From the NCBI GenBank assembly GCA_022486815.1, contig JAKVJW010000011.1:16514-80513 (forward strand): a stretch of 64,000 nucleotides of DNA. Reading direction: 5' to 3'. This document shows, one piece after another, positions 48,070-57,612 of this stretch (its first letter is position 1; the number at the start of each line of letters is the position of its first letter). The notes beneath the pieces are model-generated. The model worked only from the letters and a program-made list of their open reading frames with translations, made no database searches and was not told the DNA's origin. Origin of the DNA: Prevotella sp. (GTDB lineage: Bacteria > Bacteroidota > Bacteroidia > Bacteroidales > Bacteroidaceae). A program made the position numbers and the translations under genes.

Positions 48070-50280
48070 ATGTTAAACAAAAACATCTTATTTTCATTGA
48101 TACTTTTATCTGCTGTGGTTCCTGTTTCTGCCCAGAAGGGACAAAAGGTTGATACAACAAGGGTGTCTGCTGTTAATGGCAATCAGCGCAATGTGATGCT
48201 TAATGCATCAGATAATACAAGTCCTAGAGAAATTAATATAGGTCTGCCATCTAGCGTTGGAGGTACAACAATCTTAGAAAACGATTTGCCTGTAGTTTAT
48301 TATTATTGGCCAGAACTTCCGAATAAAAGCTGGCGTCAAAGTGTTAGTTTGAAAAGTACAAGCCTTATGTCTCTTAGTCAGGTTGCGGGGACGACAGGTA
48401 ATATTGGGTATGCTGTTAATTCTTATTCTCAGACTGGGACTAAGAATTTTCAGGGGAAAGTAAAGTTTACCCTGAATAATTATGGTTGGATTCAACCCGA
48501 TATTAATATTTCTGGCCCTATAAATAATGGTTGGGCTTATAGTGCTGGTGTTTTTCTTAACTATGATCCTGGTACTACTAATCTTGCCTTTACGAAGTAT
48601 GCTGACCAAACCAAAATCTTTCGTATTGGACTTACAAAATTTTTTAATAACAAAAGAGGACAAATAAATTTCCAATATAAGTATGCAGATTCCTATGGCA
48701 TTACTGATTATTCTCTTTTTGAATATGAGAAGAATGGTAAAGTTAAAGAAGTTAATGGTTATAAGATTGGTCGTAGTTCCTACATCGTCAATGATGGAAC
48801 TGCAAGATATCTAGGTTTAGATGGGGGAGAATATTATAATGTTACAGCAGATGGGAATTATGCAAAATCAAAATCCCATACTATTAATTTATTTGGAAAA
48901 TATGTCTTTGACAATGCATGGCAATTAAATTTTTCAAGTTGTTTACATATAGCTAAAGCTTCGGTAGCAGGTTATATTCCGACTGGCTTAGCTGTAGTAG
49001 ACAAATCTGCTGGTTATGCCTATAAGGATGGTACACCATATAGTGGATACGTAGGAACTATACTTGGACAAAGTTCTCCTCGGAATCCGATTACTGATTT
49101 CCAAACTCGTTTATGGTTCAATAGAAAATTTTCAAGGCATGATTTAAATATAGGATTATTAGAGCAACTGCATGATGCTTATTATTCTTCCAATCGAGTG
49201 TTTTACTATCAAACAGCAGAAAACAAACCTCAGCATCTTTATAGTTCAAAAACTGATGAATATGGATTCTATAATTACAATAAGGGAGCTGCTTATTATG
49301 ATGGCAAAGAGAACCAAATATCTGTTTATGGTAATGATAATTGGCAAGTAAATAGAAATTTCAATTTAAATTATGGTCTTTTTTTAAGATACCATACTAT
49401 AAGTGGGAAACATTGTCTCAGTCCACGTAATGTGGGATTTACTCTTGATAATTCAGAATTTGAAAACATTCATGACAATCTTTTTAATATTGCAGGATTT
49501 GTTAATGCAAAATATAATATTACGAAAGAGTTTGGAGTTGTAGCGAATTTTCAATATACAGAAACTAATGGAGGCCTTGAAAATTATAATTTACCAGCAG
49601 AGCCTAATATGAAAAAAAGTCGCGTACCATTAGGTGGAATAGGAATTTTCTGGAATAATAAATATCTTCAACTTATATCACAAGGTACGATCCTTTATAA
49701 AAATAATTATCTGACCAAATATAATATGGTTAACCCTTCTAATTCTTCTGATATAGAAAATATTCAGGTATATTATGATGTGCAAACGATTGGATGGACT
49801 AGTGATGCTATTATTACTCCATTTAAAGGATTCGCTTTACATCTTTTACTTACACTTCAAAACCCAATATATAAGAATTTTTCATTTACAGCCTTTAAGA
49901 AGGATTATGATTATAGTGGAAAGAATGTTTTAAAGATATCTAAAATTTTGTCTGAGATTGATCCTAGTTATACTTTTGGGAAGTATGATAAATGGAAGTT
50001 ATGGGCAAGTTTCCGGTATTATAGTAAGCAATTTGCAAATTTGACCAATGTTCTTTATTTTGCACCTCATTGGGAAACTTTTGCAGGTTTGGATTATAAG
50101 CTTAATAAACATATCAAGCTTAGCGGGTCTGTAGTGAATTTTCTTAATGATCGTGGAGCTACTGGTACAATTAATGGCGCAGAATTAGTCACGGATCCAA
50201 CTCCATATTATGGTCGTTTGATGACGGGTTCTTCGATTATGCCATTTACGTTGCGTTTTTCAGCAATGATAAAATTCTAA
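48070..50280 (+). CDS. Atypical TonB-dependent outer-membrane receptor (non-SusC, no SusD partner)
   Basis: Signal peptide, RNVMLNAS..PREINIGLP plug start, alternating beta-strands, C-terminal Phe. Confidence 0.75.
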   Translation: MLNKNILFSLILLSAVVPVSAQKGQKVDTTRVSAVNGNQRNVMLNASDNTSPREINIGLPSSVGGTTILENDLPVVYYYWPELPNKSWRQSVSLKSTSLMSLSQVAGTTGNIGYAVNSYSQTGTKNFQGKVKFTLNNYGWIQPDINISGPINNGWAYSAGVFLNYDPGTTNLAFTKYADQTKIFRIGLTKFFNNKRGQINFQYKYADSYGITDYSLFEYEKNGKVKEVNGYKIGRSSYIVNDGTARYLGLDGGEYYNVTADGNYAKSKSHTINLFGKYVFDNAWQLNFSSCLHIAKASVAGYIPTGLAVVDKSAGYAYKDGTPYSGYVGTILGQSSPRNPITDFQTRLWFNRKFSRHDLNIGLLEQLHDAYYSSNRVFYYQTAENKPQHLYSSKTDEYGFYNYNKGAAYYDGKENQISVYGNDNWQVNRNFNLNYGLFLRYHTISGKHCLSPRNVGFTLDNSEFENIHDNLFNIAGFVNAKYNITKEFGVVANFQYTETNGGLENYNLPAEPNMKKSRVPLGGIGIFWNNKYLQLISQGTILYKNNYLTKYNMVNPSNSSDIENIQVYYDVQTIGWTSDAIITPFKGFALHLLLTLQNPIYKNFSFTAFKKDYDYSGKNVLKISKILSEIDPSYTFGKYDKWKLWASFRYYSKQFANLTNVLYFAPHWETFAGLDYKLNKHIKLSGSVVNFLNDRGATGTINGAELVTDPTPYYGRLMTGSSIMPFTLRFSAMIKF

Positions 50281-50670
50281 TAAAGTAATGATGAGTTTTA
50301 TAACTTAGTTAAACTTAAGATAGCAATATAATAGTGTTATTATATTTCTGAATTAATTTAATGTTTCTGGATCAATGGAAATTAATAGAAAAGGCCTGCC
50401 ACAGTTAGCTTTTTGTTATTATTTCCAATTGATCCAGAATTAGTTCCTATATTCCCGATGGAATAAAGAGTGTGGCTATATTATTATAAGATTTATTAGC
50501 AATTATAAAAAGAGAATAGAATATGCTATTACATTATCAATGTGATGAATCTATTCTAAAGAAACAGAATGTTAATTTATGAAAATACAATTTCTTGTGG
50601 AGATCATGATAAGATTACCATTACAGATGAATCGGTCGGATTTCAGCCTATCTGTGCTTTGACCGCATCA

Positions 50671-50794
50671 CTCTTGAACCTTTTTTACAGGTAAGACACC
50701 AGCCAATTGGAGAAAAAGTTTGTATTATCACTATTATGATTACCCTACATTTCACATGGTTCGTAAGCATGATGGTGTTAGAACAGAAAGATAT
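50671..50794 (+). pseudogene. 124-bp fragment of a sulfatase gene paralogous to 54053-54177
   Basis: Manual alignment shows 7 substitutions and one 1-bp deletion. Confidence 0.9.
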
Positions 50795-50989
50795 TACTTG
50801 ATGCTATTATCAATCTTGCTGATATGCAATCAAAAGCATTCCTTGATATAACAAGAGAATGACATTTTTTAATTATCTATTCGAGAAAAATGGATGACGT
50901 GACTTGTAATAAAGAATAAAATAAACCTATTGTTGGTGTTGGGTCATCATGTATCTAATCCCATCAATAGATTTAAAAATTAAAATAAA

Positions 50990-52462
50990 ATGAAGAAGAA
51001 AATTTATTGTATTTCGATTTTAGCAACAACGTGTTGTTTATGGCCTGGAACATCAATTGCCAAGAAACCAAATATCGTCATAATTTATATGGATGATATG
51101 GGGTTTGGTGATATTGAAACTTATGGGATGAATGGTGTACCAACTCCTAATCTAAACAGATTTGCTTCCCAAGGGATAAGATTTACTAATTTTGAGGCTG
51201 CTCAACCAATAAGTACTGCTTCAAGAGCAGCATTATTAACAGGATGTTATCCTAATAGAGTAGGAATGGGGGGAGTCTTATTATGGGGAGACAGGTATGC
51301 ATTAAATCCCAAAGAAGAGACTTTAGCCAAGTTGCTCAAAGATAATGGATATTATACAGGTGCTTTTGGGAAATGGCATTTAGGTAATCAGCCTCCATAT
51401 TTTCCAACATCTTATGGTTTTGATGAATTTGTAGGGATTCCTTATTCACATGATATGTGGCCGATTGGCTATGATGGATACACTAAAGTAACTGATCCAA
51501 AACTTAATAAATCGCACAATCCTACACTTAAAATATATAAAGGATTTACACCAATAGATTCAATTGTAAATATAGATGGTACAGCAAAACTTACTACTTT
51601 TTTCACAGAACAGGCAGTAAGTTTTATTAAGAGAAATAAGGAAAATCCATTCTTTCTTTATTTGGCTCATCCACTTCCTCATGTTCCTCTCGCTGTATCT
51701 GATAAATTTAAAGGTAAAAGTAAAAGAGGGTTATTTGGAGATGTCATAATGGAGATTGATTGGTCTGTAGGACAGGTGATGAAGACTCTTGATAAGTATG
51801 GTTTATCGAAAAATACTATCGTTATATTTGCAAGTGACAATGGACCTTGGTTGACATTTGGAAATAATGCAGGGTCAACGAATGGACTAAGAGAAGGGAA
51901 ACAGACTACATACGAGGGAGGTAATCGGGTTCCTTTTATGATTCGTTGGCCAGGTCATTTCCAACCCGGAAGAGTTTGTGGAGAATTGATGACAAACATG
52001 GATGTTCTTCCAACAATTGTTGAAGCTACTAACTCAAAATTGCCGAAGAAAAGAATCGATGGGGTAAGTTATCTTAATTTCTTGGAAGGTAAAACTAATA
52101 TTGTACCAAGAAAGGTTATGTATTACTATTATATAAATATGGCAAAACCACGTTCAGAAAGAAACGATTTGGAGGCAGTTCGTTATGATAATTGGAAACT
52201 GGTTTTTCCACATACATACTTATCTGTCGATGTTGATGGTGGCATTGGAAAGAATGGATATCCAGGAAAACCTAAGATACTTTCAACACAAATGGCATTG
52301 TATGATCTGTCTCATGATCAAGGAGAACGTTATAATATAATATCGTTGTATCCGGAAATTACTCAGAAACTATTAAAAATAGCAGATGAGGCTCGTTCAG
52401 ACCTTGGTGATGATCTGACTTCGACACCGGGGAAAAATATTCGTCCTGCCATAACATATTAA
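50990..52462 (+). CDS. S1 sulfatase, Ser-type; close paralogue of 44867-46336
   Basis: ISTASRAALLTG, GKWHLG, PHVPLAVSDKFKGKSK, SDNGPWLTFGN. Confidence 0.93.
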   Translation: MKKKIYCISILATTCCLWPGTSIAKKPNIVIIYMDDMGFGDIETYGMNGVPTPNLNRFASQGIRFTNFEAAQPISTASRAALLTGCYPNRVGMGGVLLWGDRYALNPKEETLAKLLKDNGYYTGAFGKWHLGNQPPYFPTSYGFDEFVGIPYSHDMWPIGYDGYTKVTDPKLNKSHNPTLKIYKGFTPIDSIVNIDGTAKLTTFFTEQAVSFIKRNKENPFFLYLAHPLPHVPLAVSDKFKGKSKRGLFGDVIMEIDWSVGQVMKTLDKYGLSKNTIVIFASDNGPWLTFGNNAGSTNGLREGKQTTYEGGNRVPFMIRWPGHFQPGRVCGELMTNMDVLPTIVEATNSKLPKKRIDGVSYLNFLEGKTNIVPRKVMYYYYINMAKPRSERNDLEAVRYDNWKLVFPHTYLSVDVDGGIGKNGYPGKPKILSTQMALYDLSHDQGERYNIISLYPEITQKLLKIADEARSDLGDDLTSTPGKNIRPAITY

Positions 52463-52758
52463 AATTCTGACAAATCAAGAACTGGAGTAAATGTCATAAA
52501 CGGAGAAGTGAAGAATATGAAAGCTCCAGATCTTGATTAGTCTGTTTGCACGATACTTCCTATTATAGGTATATACAAAATGATAATTGTTAGAACTAAA
52601 TAGTTTTTAGGATCAGAGTTCTTATTGTTTGCAAACCGGTATACAATAGCATTTTGGCAGAATTAAATAAGTCATGATTTAATTCTGCTAATAAAGTATT
52701 TGGGAAAAGAACATAGAAATGGAATTTGCTAATCAAGAAAGATCTTTATTTATAAAAT

Positions 52759-54459
52759 ATGAACTTAAACAGAAATATAACATTGGTAATGTCTTCACTG
52801 CTTACAGTTACAGCTGGAGCACAAATGAAGAGTTTACAGCAAGGCAGAAACAAATCATCAAAACCTAATATTTTATATATTATGAGTGATGACCATTCCT
52901 ATAATGCGATTAGCGCTTATGGGAGTGATGTATCAAAGTTAGCTCCAACTCCCAATATTGACTGGATAGCCAATCATGGTATGATTTTTGAGCGCGCTTT
53001 TGTCGAAAATTCATTGTCGACTCCAAGCCGTGCTTGCGTAATGACGGGATTGTATAGTAATCAAAATGGCCAGAAACAGTTGTGCGAAGGCATTGATACG
53101 ACAAAGACGTTCTTTACGGAATTATTGCAGAAAGCAAATTATCAAACTGCAATTATCGGTAAATGGCACATGATGTGTACTCCAAAGGGATTTGATTATT
53201 ATCATATCTTTAATGGACAAGGAGAATACTATAATCCTGATTTCAAAGGAACAGATACAAATGGAAAATTTGTCAGAGAACAAGGATATTGTACGGATCT
53301 TGTAGTTAAGCATGCTTTGGAGTTCTTGAATCATAGAAATGCAAAACAGCCTTTTTGCTTAATGGTACATTTTAAGGCTCCTCATAGGAATCAGATGCCT
53401 AATCTGAGGTATTTAGGAATGTATGATAAGACTTACTTTCCTATTCCTTCAACATTTTATGATGATTATAAAACAAGGTGTTCAGCTGCACGTACTCAGA
53501 AAATGTCCATATCTAAAGACATGGAACTAATCCAGGATATGAAGATTGAACAGTTGAAAGACTCACTCAGATCTCCTTACGATCAGTTATCCTATAAATT
53601 CTTGATGGGGGGACTGAATCGGATGACACCGGAACAGCGTTCTGTCTGGGAGAATTACTATACTCCAAGAAATGAAAAGTTCTTATCACAACATCTAACG
53701 GGAAATGCTTTGTATGAATGGAAATATGAACATTATCTTCGTGACTATATGAGTTGTGTAAAAGGTATTGATGATGGTGTGGGAGAATTGATTGATTATC
53801 TTAAAACCCATGGTTTGTTGAAGAATACGATCATCATCTATACATCGGATCAGGGTTTTTATTTAGGAGAACATAATTGGTTCGATAAGCGCTTTATGTA
53901 TGAAGAATCATTCAGAACACCTTTAATTATGTCCTATCCCGGGCACATAAAGCCAGGAACAAAAAGCTATGCTTTGGTCCAGAATATAGACTATGCTCCG
54001 ACATTTTTAAAGTTAGCTGGAATAAAACAGTTGAAGGCCATGAGCGGACTTCCTCTTGAACCTTTGTTTACAGGTAAGACACCGGCCAACTGGAGAAAAA
54101 GCTTATATTATCACTATTATGATTACCCTACATTTCACATGGTGCGTAAGCATGATGGTGTCAGGACAGAAAGATATAAGTTGATTCATTTCTATGGAAA
54201 AGGTGGTCTAAAAGGTGTTACTACAAAGTATCAGACTACTCCTGGAACAGTAGAATATAGGGTCCTACATATGCTTGACGGTGTGGGGTATATTTCTCAC
54301 AATGATCCTGATATGGATGATTATGAGTTGTATGACTTGAAGAAAGACCCGCATGAGTTGAATAACATTTATGGTAAAGCTGGAACTCAAAAGATAACTG
54401 ACTATTTGAAAAAATTGCTCAATGGATATCGCAAGAAATTGAATGTAACAGAATACTAA
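52759..54459 (+). CDS. S1 sulfatase, Ser-type, GlcNAc-6-sulfatase/MdsA-like
   Basis: MSDDH, ENSLSTPSRA, GKWH, HFKAPHR, SDQGFYLGEH.WFDKR.MYEES. Confidence 0.92.
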   Translation: MNLNRNITLVMSSLLTVTAGAQMKSLQQGRNKSSKPNILYIMSDDHSYNAISAYGSDVSKLAPTPNIDWIANHGMIFERAFVENSLSTPSRACVMTGLYSNQNGQKQLCEGIDTTKTFFTELLQKANYQTAIIGKWHMMCTPKGFDYYHIFNGQGEYYNPDFKGTDTNGKFVREQGYCTDLVVKHALEFLNHRNAKQPFCLMVHFKAPHRNQMPNLRYLGMYDKTYFPIPSTFYDDYKTRCSAARTQKMSISKDMELIQDMKIEQLKDSLRSPYDQLSYKFLMGGLNRMTPEQRSVWENYYTPRNEKFLSQHLTGNALYEWKYEHYLRDYMSCVKGIDDGVGELIDYLKTHGLLKNTIIIYTSDQGFYLGEHNWFDKRFMYEESFRTPLIMSYPGHIKPGTKSYALVQNIDYAPTFLKLAGIKQLKAMSGLPLEPLFTGKTPANWRKSLYYHYYDYPTFHMVRKHDGVRTERYKLIHFYGKGGLKGVTTKYQTTPGTVEYRVLHMLDGVGYISHNDPDMDDYELYDLKKDPHELNNIYGKAGTQKITDYLKKLLNGYRKKLNVTEY

Positions 54460-54624
54460 CTGTTATCTGATCTGGGACAATCCGTATTTTGTGGAAATTC
54501 TTCAAGATACGGATTTCTTTGACAATATCTACAGGCATACTTTTGAAAAACTTTTTTGAAAAAAGGCCCGATTCTTAGAAAAAATAATTAATATTGTAGA
54601 ATCATAAACATCAAAACATATAAG

Positions 54625-55839
54625 ATGACATCAACTGCTGTTCCTTTCGGGAAGCCATTATACGTTATGCTGAAGCCAGCCGGATCACTATGTAATCTGG
54701 CTTGTAAGTATTGTTATTATCTTGAGAAGGGAAATCTTTACAAGCAATGTAAAGATCATGTGATTTCTGACGAACTTCTTGAGAGATTCGTCAAGGACTA
54801 TATTGAATCGCAGACGCTTCCTCAGATTCTCTTCACCTGGCATGGCGGAGAGACCTTAATGCGTCCTATATCCTTCTACAAGAAGGCTCTGGCACTTGAA
54901 AAGAGATATGCAGGAGGCAGACAAATTGATAATTGCATTCAGACTAATGGAACCTTATTGACCGATGAATGGTGTGAATTCTTTAAAGAGAACAATTTCC
55001 TTGTCGGTGTTTCTATTGATGGACCACAAGAATTCCATGATGAATATCGGAAAACTAGAAGTGGAAGACCGTCCTTTCATAAAGTGATGGATGGAATTCA
55101 GTTGCTCAACAAGCATGGTGTAGAATGGAACGCTCTTGCTGTCATTAATGACTTCAATGCAGATTATCCTTTGGAATTTTATCATTTTTTCAAGGATATT
55201 CATTGTAAATATATCCAGTTTACTCCCATTGTCGAACGTATTGTAAACCGAACAGATGGGCTGACTTTGGCACCGGGCATGCAGGACCAAGGTAAGTTGG
55301 CAGACTTCTCGATAACGGCCGATCAATGGGGGAATTTCCTTTGTACTATTTTTGATGAATGGGTCAGAAAAGATGTGGGAAACTACTATATACAACTCTT
55401 TGATGCTACATTGGCTAATTGGGCTGGTGTGGCTCCGGGAATATGTGATATGGCTAAGGAATGCGGACATGCTGCTGTGATGGAATTCAATGGGGATGTT
55501 TATTGCTGTGATCATTTTGTGTATCCGGAATATAAACTGGGAAACCTGCACCAGAAGACTTTGACTGAAATGTTGTATTCAAAACGCCAGAAGGATTTCG
55601 GCGAAATGAAATATAAAAGTTTGCCACGACAATGCAAGGAATGTGAATTCTTGTTTGCCTGTCATGGTGAATGTCCTAAAAACAGATTCCTTAAGGATAA
55701 ATATGGAGAATTTGGACTGAATTATTTATGTGAGGGCTATTACCGTTTCTTTAAACATGTTGCTCCGTATATGGATTTCATGAAAAAGGAACTCGACGCA
55801 CATAGACCTCCTGCTAATATAATGAACCTGTTTAAATAA
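54625..55839 (+). CDS. Anaerobic sulfatase-maturating enzyme (radical SAM/SPASM)
   Basis: CNLACKYCYY, WHGGE, SIDGP, SPASM cysteines (CDH, CKEC..ACHGECPK). Confidence 0.95.
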   Translation: MTSTAVPFGKPLYVMLKPAGSLCNLACKYCYYLEKGNLYKQCKDHVISDELLERFVKDYIESQTLPQILFTWHGGETLMRPISFYKKALALEKRYAGGRQIDNCIQTNGTLLTDEWCEFFKENNFLVGVSIDGPQEFHDEYRKTRSGRPSFHKVMDGIQLLNKHGVEWNALAVINDFNADYPLEFYHFFKDIHCKYIQFTPIVERIVNRTDGLTLAPGMQDQGKLADFSITADQWGNFLCTIFDEWVRKDVGNYYIQLFDATLANWAGVAPGICDMAKECGHAAVMEFNGDVYCCDHFVYPEYKLGNLHQKTLTEMLYSKRQKDFGEMKYKSLPRQCKECEFLFACHGECPKNRFLKDKYGEFGLNYLCEGYYRFFKHVAPYMDFMKKELDAHRPPANIMNLFK

Positions 55840-55844
55840 TAGAC

Positions 55845-57458
55845 ATGAAAAAACGATTTTTAGTAACATGCTTAGCTGTAATTCTTTTTTCCGGAGGAAT
55901 TTCAGCTCAGACTGGCCCTTTAGTAGATACTAGTAATGGTATACTGGAAGGTGTGAACGAATCTGGTATTAAAGTGTTCAGGGGAGTCCCTTTTGCTGCT
56001 CCGCCTGTGGGTAATCTGAGGTGGAAAGCTCCTCAACCTGTAGAAAAATGGCAGGGAATACGGAAGGCTATTGAATTCGGGCCTAATCCTATGCAGGAAA
56101 ATGTATTCGGAGATATGAATTTTGGTACTTCGAAGATGAGCGAGGACTGTCTCTATCTGAATGTCTGGACTCCTGCAAAAACCATGAAAGAGAAATTGCC
56201 GGTGATAATTTACTTTAATGGAGGTGGACTGATGGCCGGCAGCGGAAGTGAACCTCGCTATGCTGGTCTCTCAATGGCACGGAGAGGTGTTGTGGCGATC
56301 ACAGCTAATTATAGGGAAGGTATCTTCGGCTTCTTTGCTCATCCGCAACTTTCTAAGGAGACAAATTACAAAGGGTCTGGTAATTATGGCTTTCTGGACC
56401 AGGTAGCAGCCATTAAGTGGGTAAGAGATAATATTGCTGCTTTTGGAGGTGATCCTGATCGTATTACAATTGCCGGGGAATCTGCGGGGTCGATGTCAGT
56501 AAGTATTCTTATGGCTTCTCCATTAGCCAAGGGTCTTTTTCAACAAGCTATTGGCTCAAGTGGATCAGTTCTTGGTTTCAAGAAACTTCCTACATTGAAA
56601 GAAGCCGAACAGTTGGGAGTTGAACAAACCAGGAAAATGGGTTATAAGAATATTGGCGATTTGCGTGCCTTACCGGCAGAGCAACTTCTGAAATTGGCTT
56701 CTGTACATAGTGTTCCTGTGTATAATATTGATAATTATTTCATGGTAGAACAACCTGCCGATGTTTATACTAAAGGAGAACAGGCTCAGGTGCCGTTACT
56801 CGTGGGGGGTAATTCTCTGGAAATGTCTATGGCTAATATTCTAGGCGGAAGACCTGCAACAATAGAAACAATAAAGGAAATAGTTCGTCCGCTCTATGGA
56901 AACCGGACTGATGAAGTGCTAAACCTTTATGGTATCAGGAGCGATGAGGATGTGCTGAATACTCCGGGCAATCTCCTCAGTAATGATCTCTTTATTGCTT
57001 TCAGTACTTGGAAATGGGGTAATATGCATCAGCAGACAACTGACAAATCCGTATATCGTTATCTTTATTGTCATCCTCGTCCTGATATGCTTGCCAAAGA
57101 TAAGATAGCAGGATTAGCCGGAGGTGTACAAGATGCCAAAGGACATGCTCCCCAACCTAAGTTGAATGGTGCGGTTCATTCTGCTGATATAGAATATGCA
57201 ATGGGTAATCTGCCAACAAACCGGGTTTATGACTGGCAGCCGGATGACTATGCGGTTTCTGATATTTTCAGTAGTTATTATGCTAATTTCATCAAGACTG
57301 GAAATCCCAATGGCCTTGGCCTTCCTGAATGGAATCCTGTAAATGGAAAGACTGTTCCTGATGTGTTGCAAATTGATATAAATACCTTTGAAAAGACAGA
57401 TCCGGCAATGGAGCACCGCTATCATGTTATTGATGGGATTTTCTGGGGGAGTAAGTAA
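55845..57458 (+). CDS. Type-B carboxylesterase, exported
   Basis: GVPFAAPPVG.LRW, SEDCLYLNVW, GESAG, GAVHSADI. Confidence 0.92.
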   Translation: MKKRFLVTCLAVILFSGGISAQTGPLVDTSNGILEGVNESGIKVFRGVPFAAPPVGNLRWKAPQPVEKWQGIRKAIEFGPNPMQENVFGDMNFGTSKMSEDCLYLNVWTPAKTMKEKLPVIIYFNGGGLMAGSGSEPRYAGLSMARRGVVAITANYREGIFGFFAHPQLSKETNYKGSGNYGFLDQVAAIKWVRDNIAAFGGDPDRITIAGESAGSMSVSILMASPLAKGLFQQAIGSSGSVLGFKKLPTLKEAEQLGVEQTRKMGYKNIGDLRALPAEQLLKLASVHSVPVYNIDNYFMVEQPADVYTKGEQAQVPLLVGGNSLEMSMANILGGRPATIETIKEIVRPLYGNRTDEVLNLYGIRSDEDVLNTPGNLLSNDLFIAFSTWKWGNMHQQTTDKSVYRYLYCHPRPDMLAKDKIAGLAGGVQDAKGHAPQPKLNGAVHSADIEYAMGNLPTNRVYDWQPDDYAVSDIFSSYYANFIKTGNPNGLGLPEWNPVNGKTVPDVLQIDINTFEKTDPAMEHRYHVIDGIFWGSK

Positions 57459-57612
57459 ATTTTTTAGATTCTCTTTTGATTAAGTCCTTTTATGACAAAT
57501 CGGGTTCTTTAATATTCATCTTGAATCATATACTCCTCTCAATAAATCAGAAGAAGATAGTCTGTAAGTAAATAAAAAATGGTACATTTGTAGAAATAAA
57601 GCAATTACTACC

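Noticed and set aside
50671-54177. Repeat pair as a diversity-generating retroelement TR/VR
   Set aside because: Differences are not adenine-specific, all are synonymous, and no reverse transcriptase is present in the window
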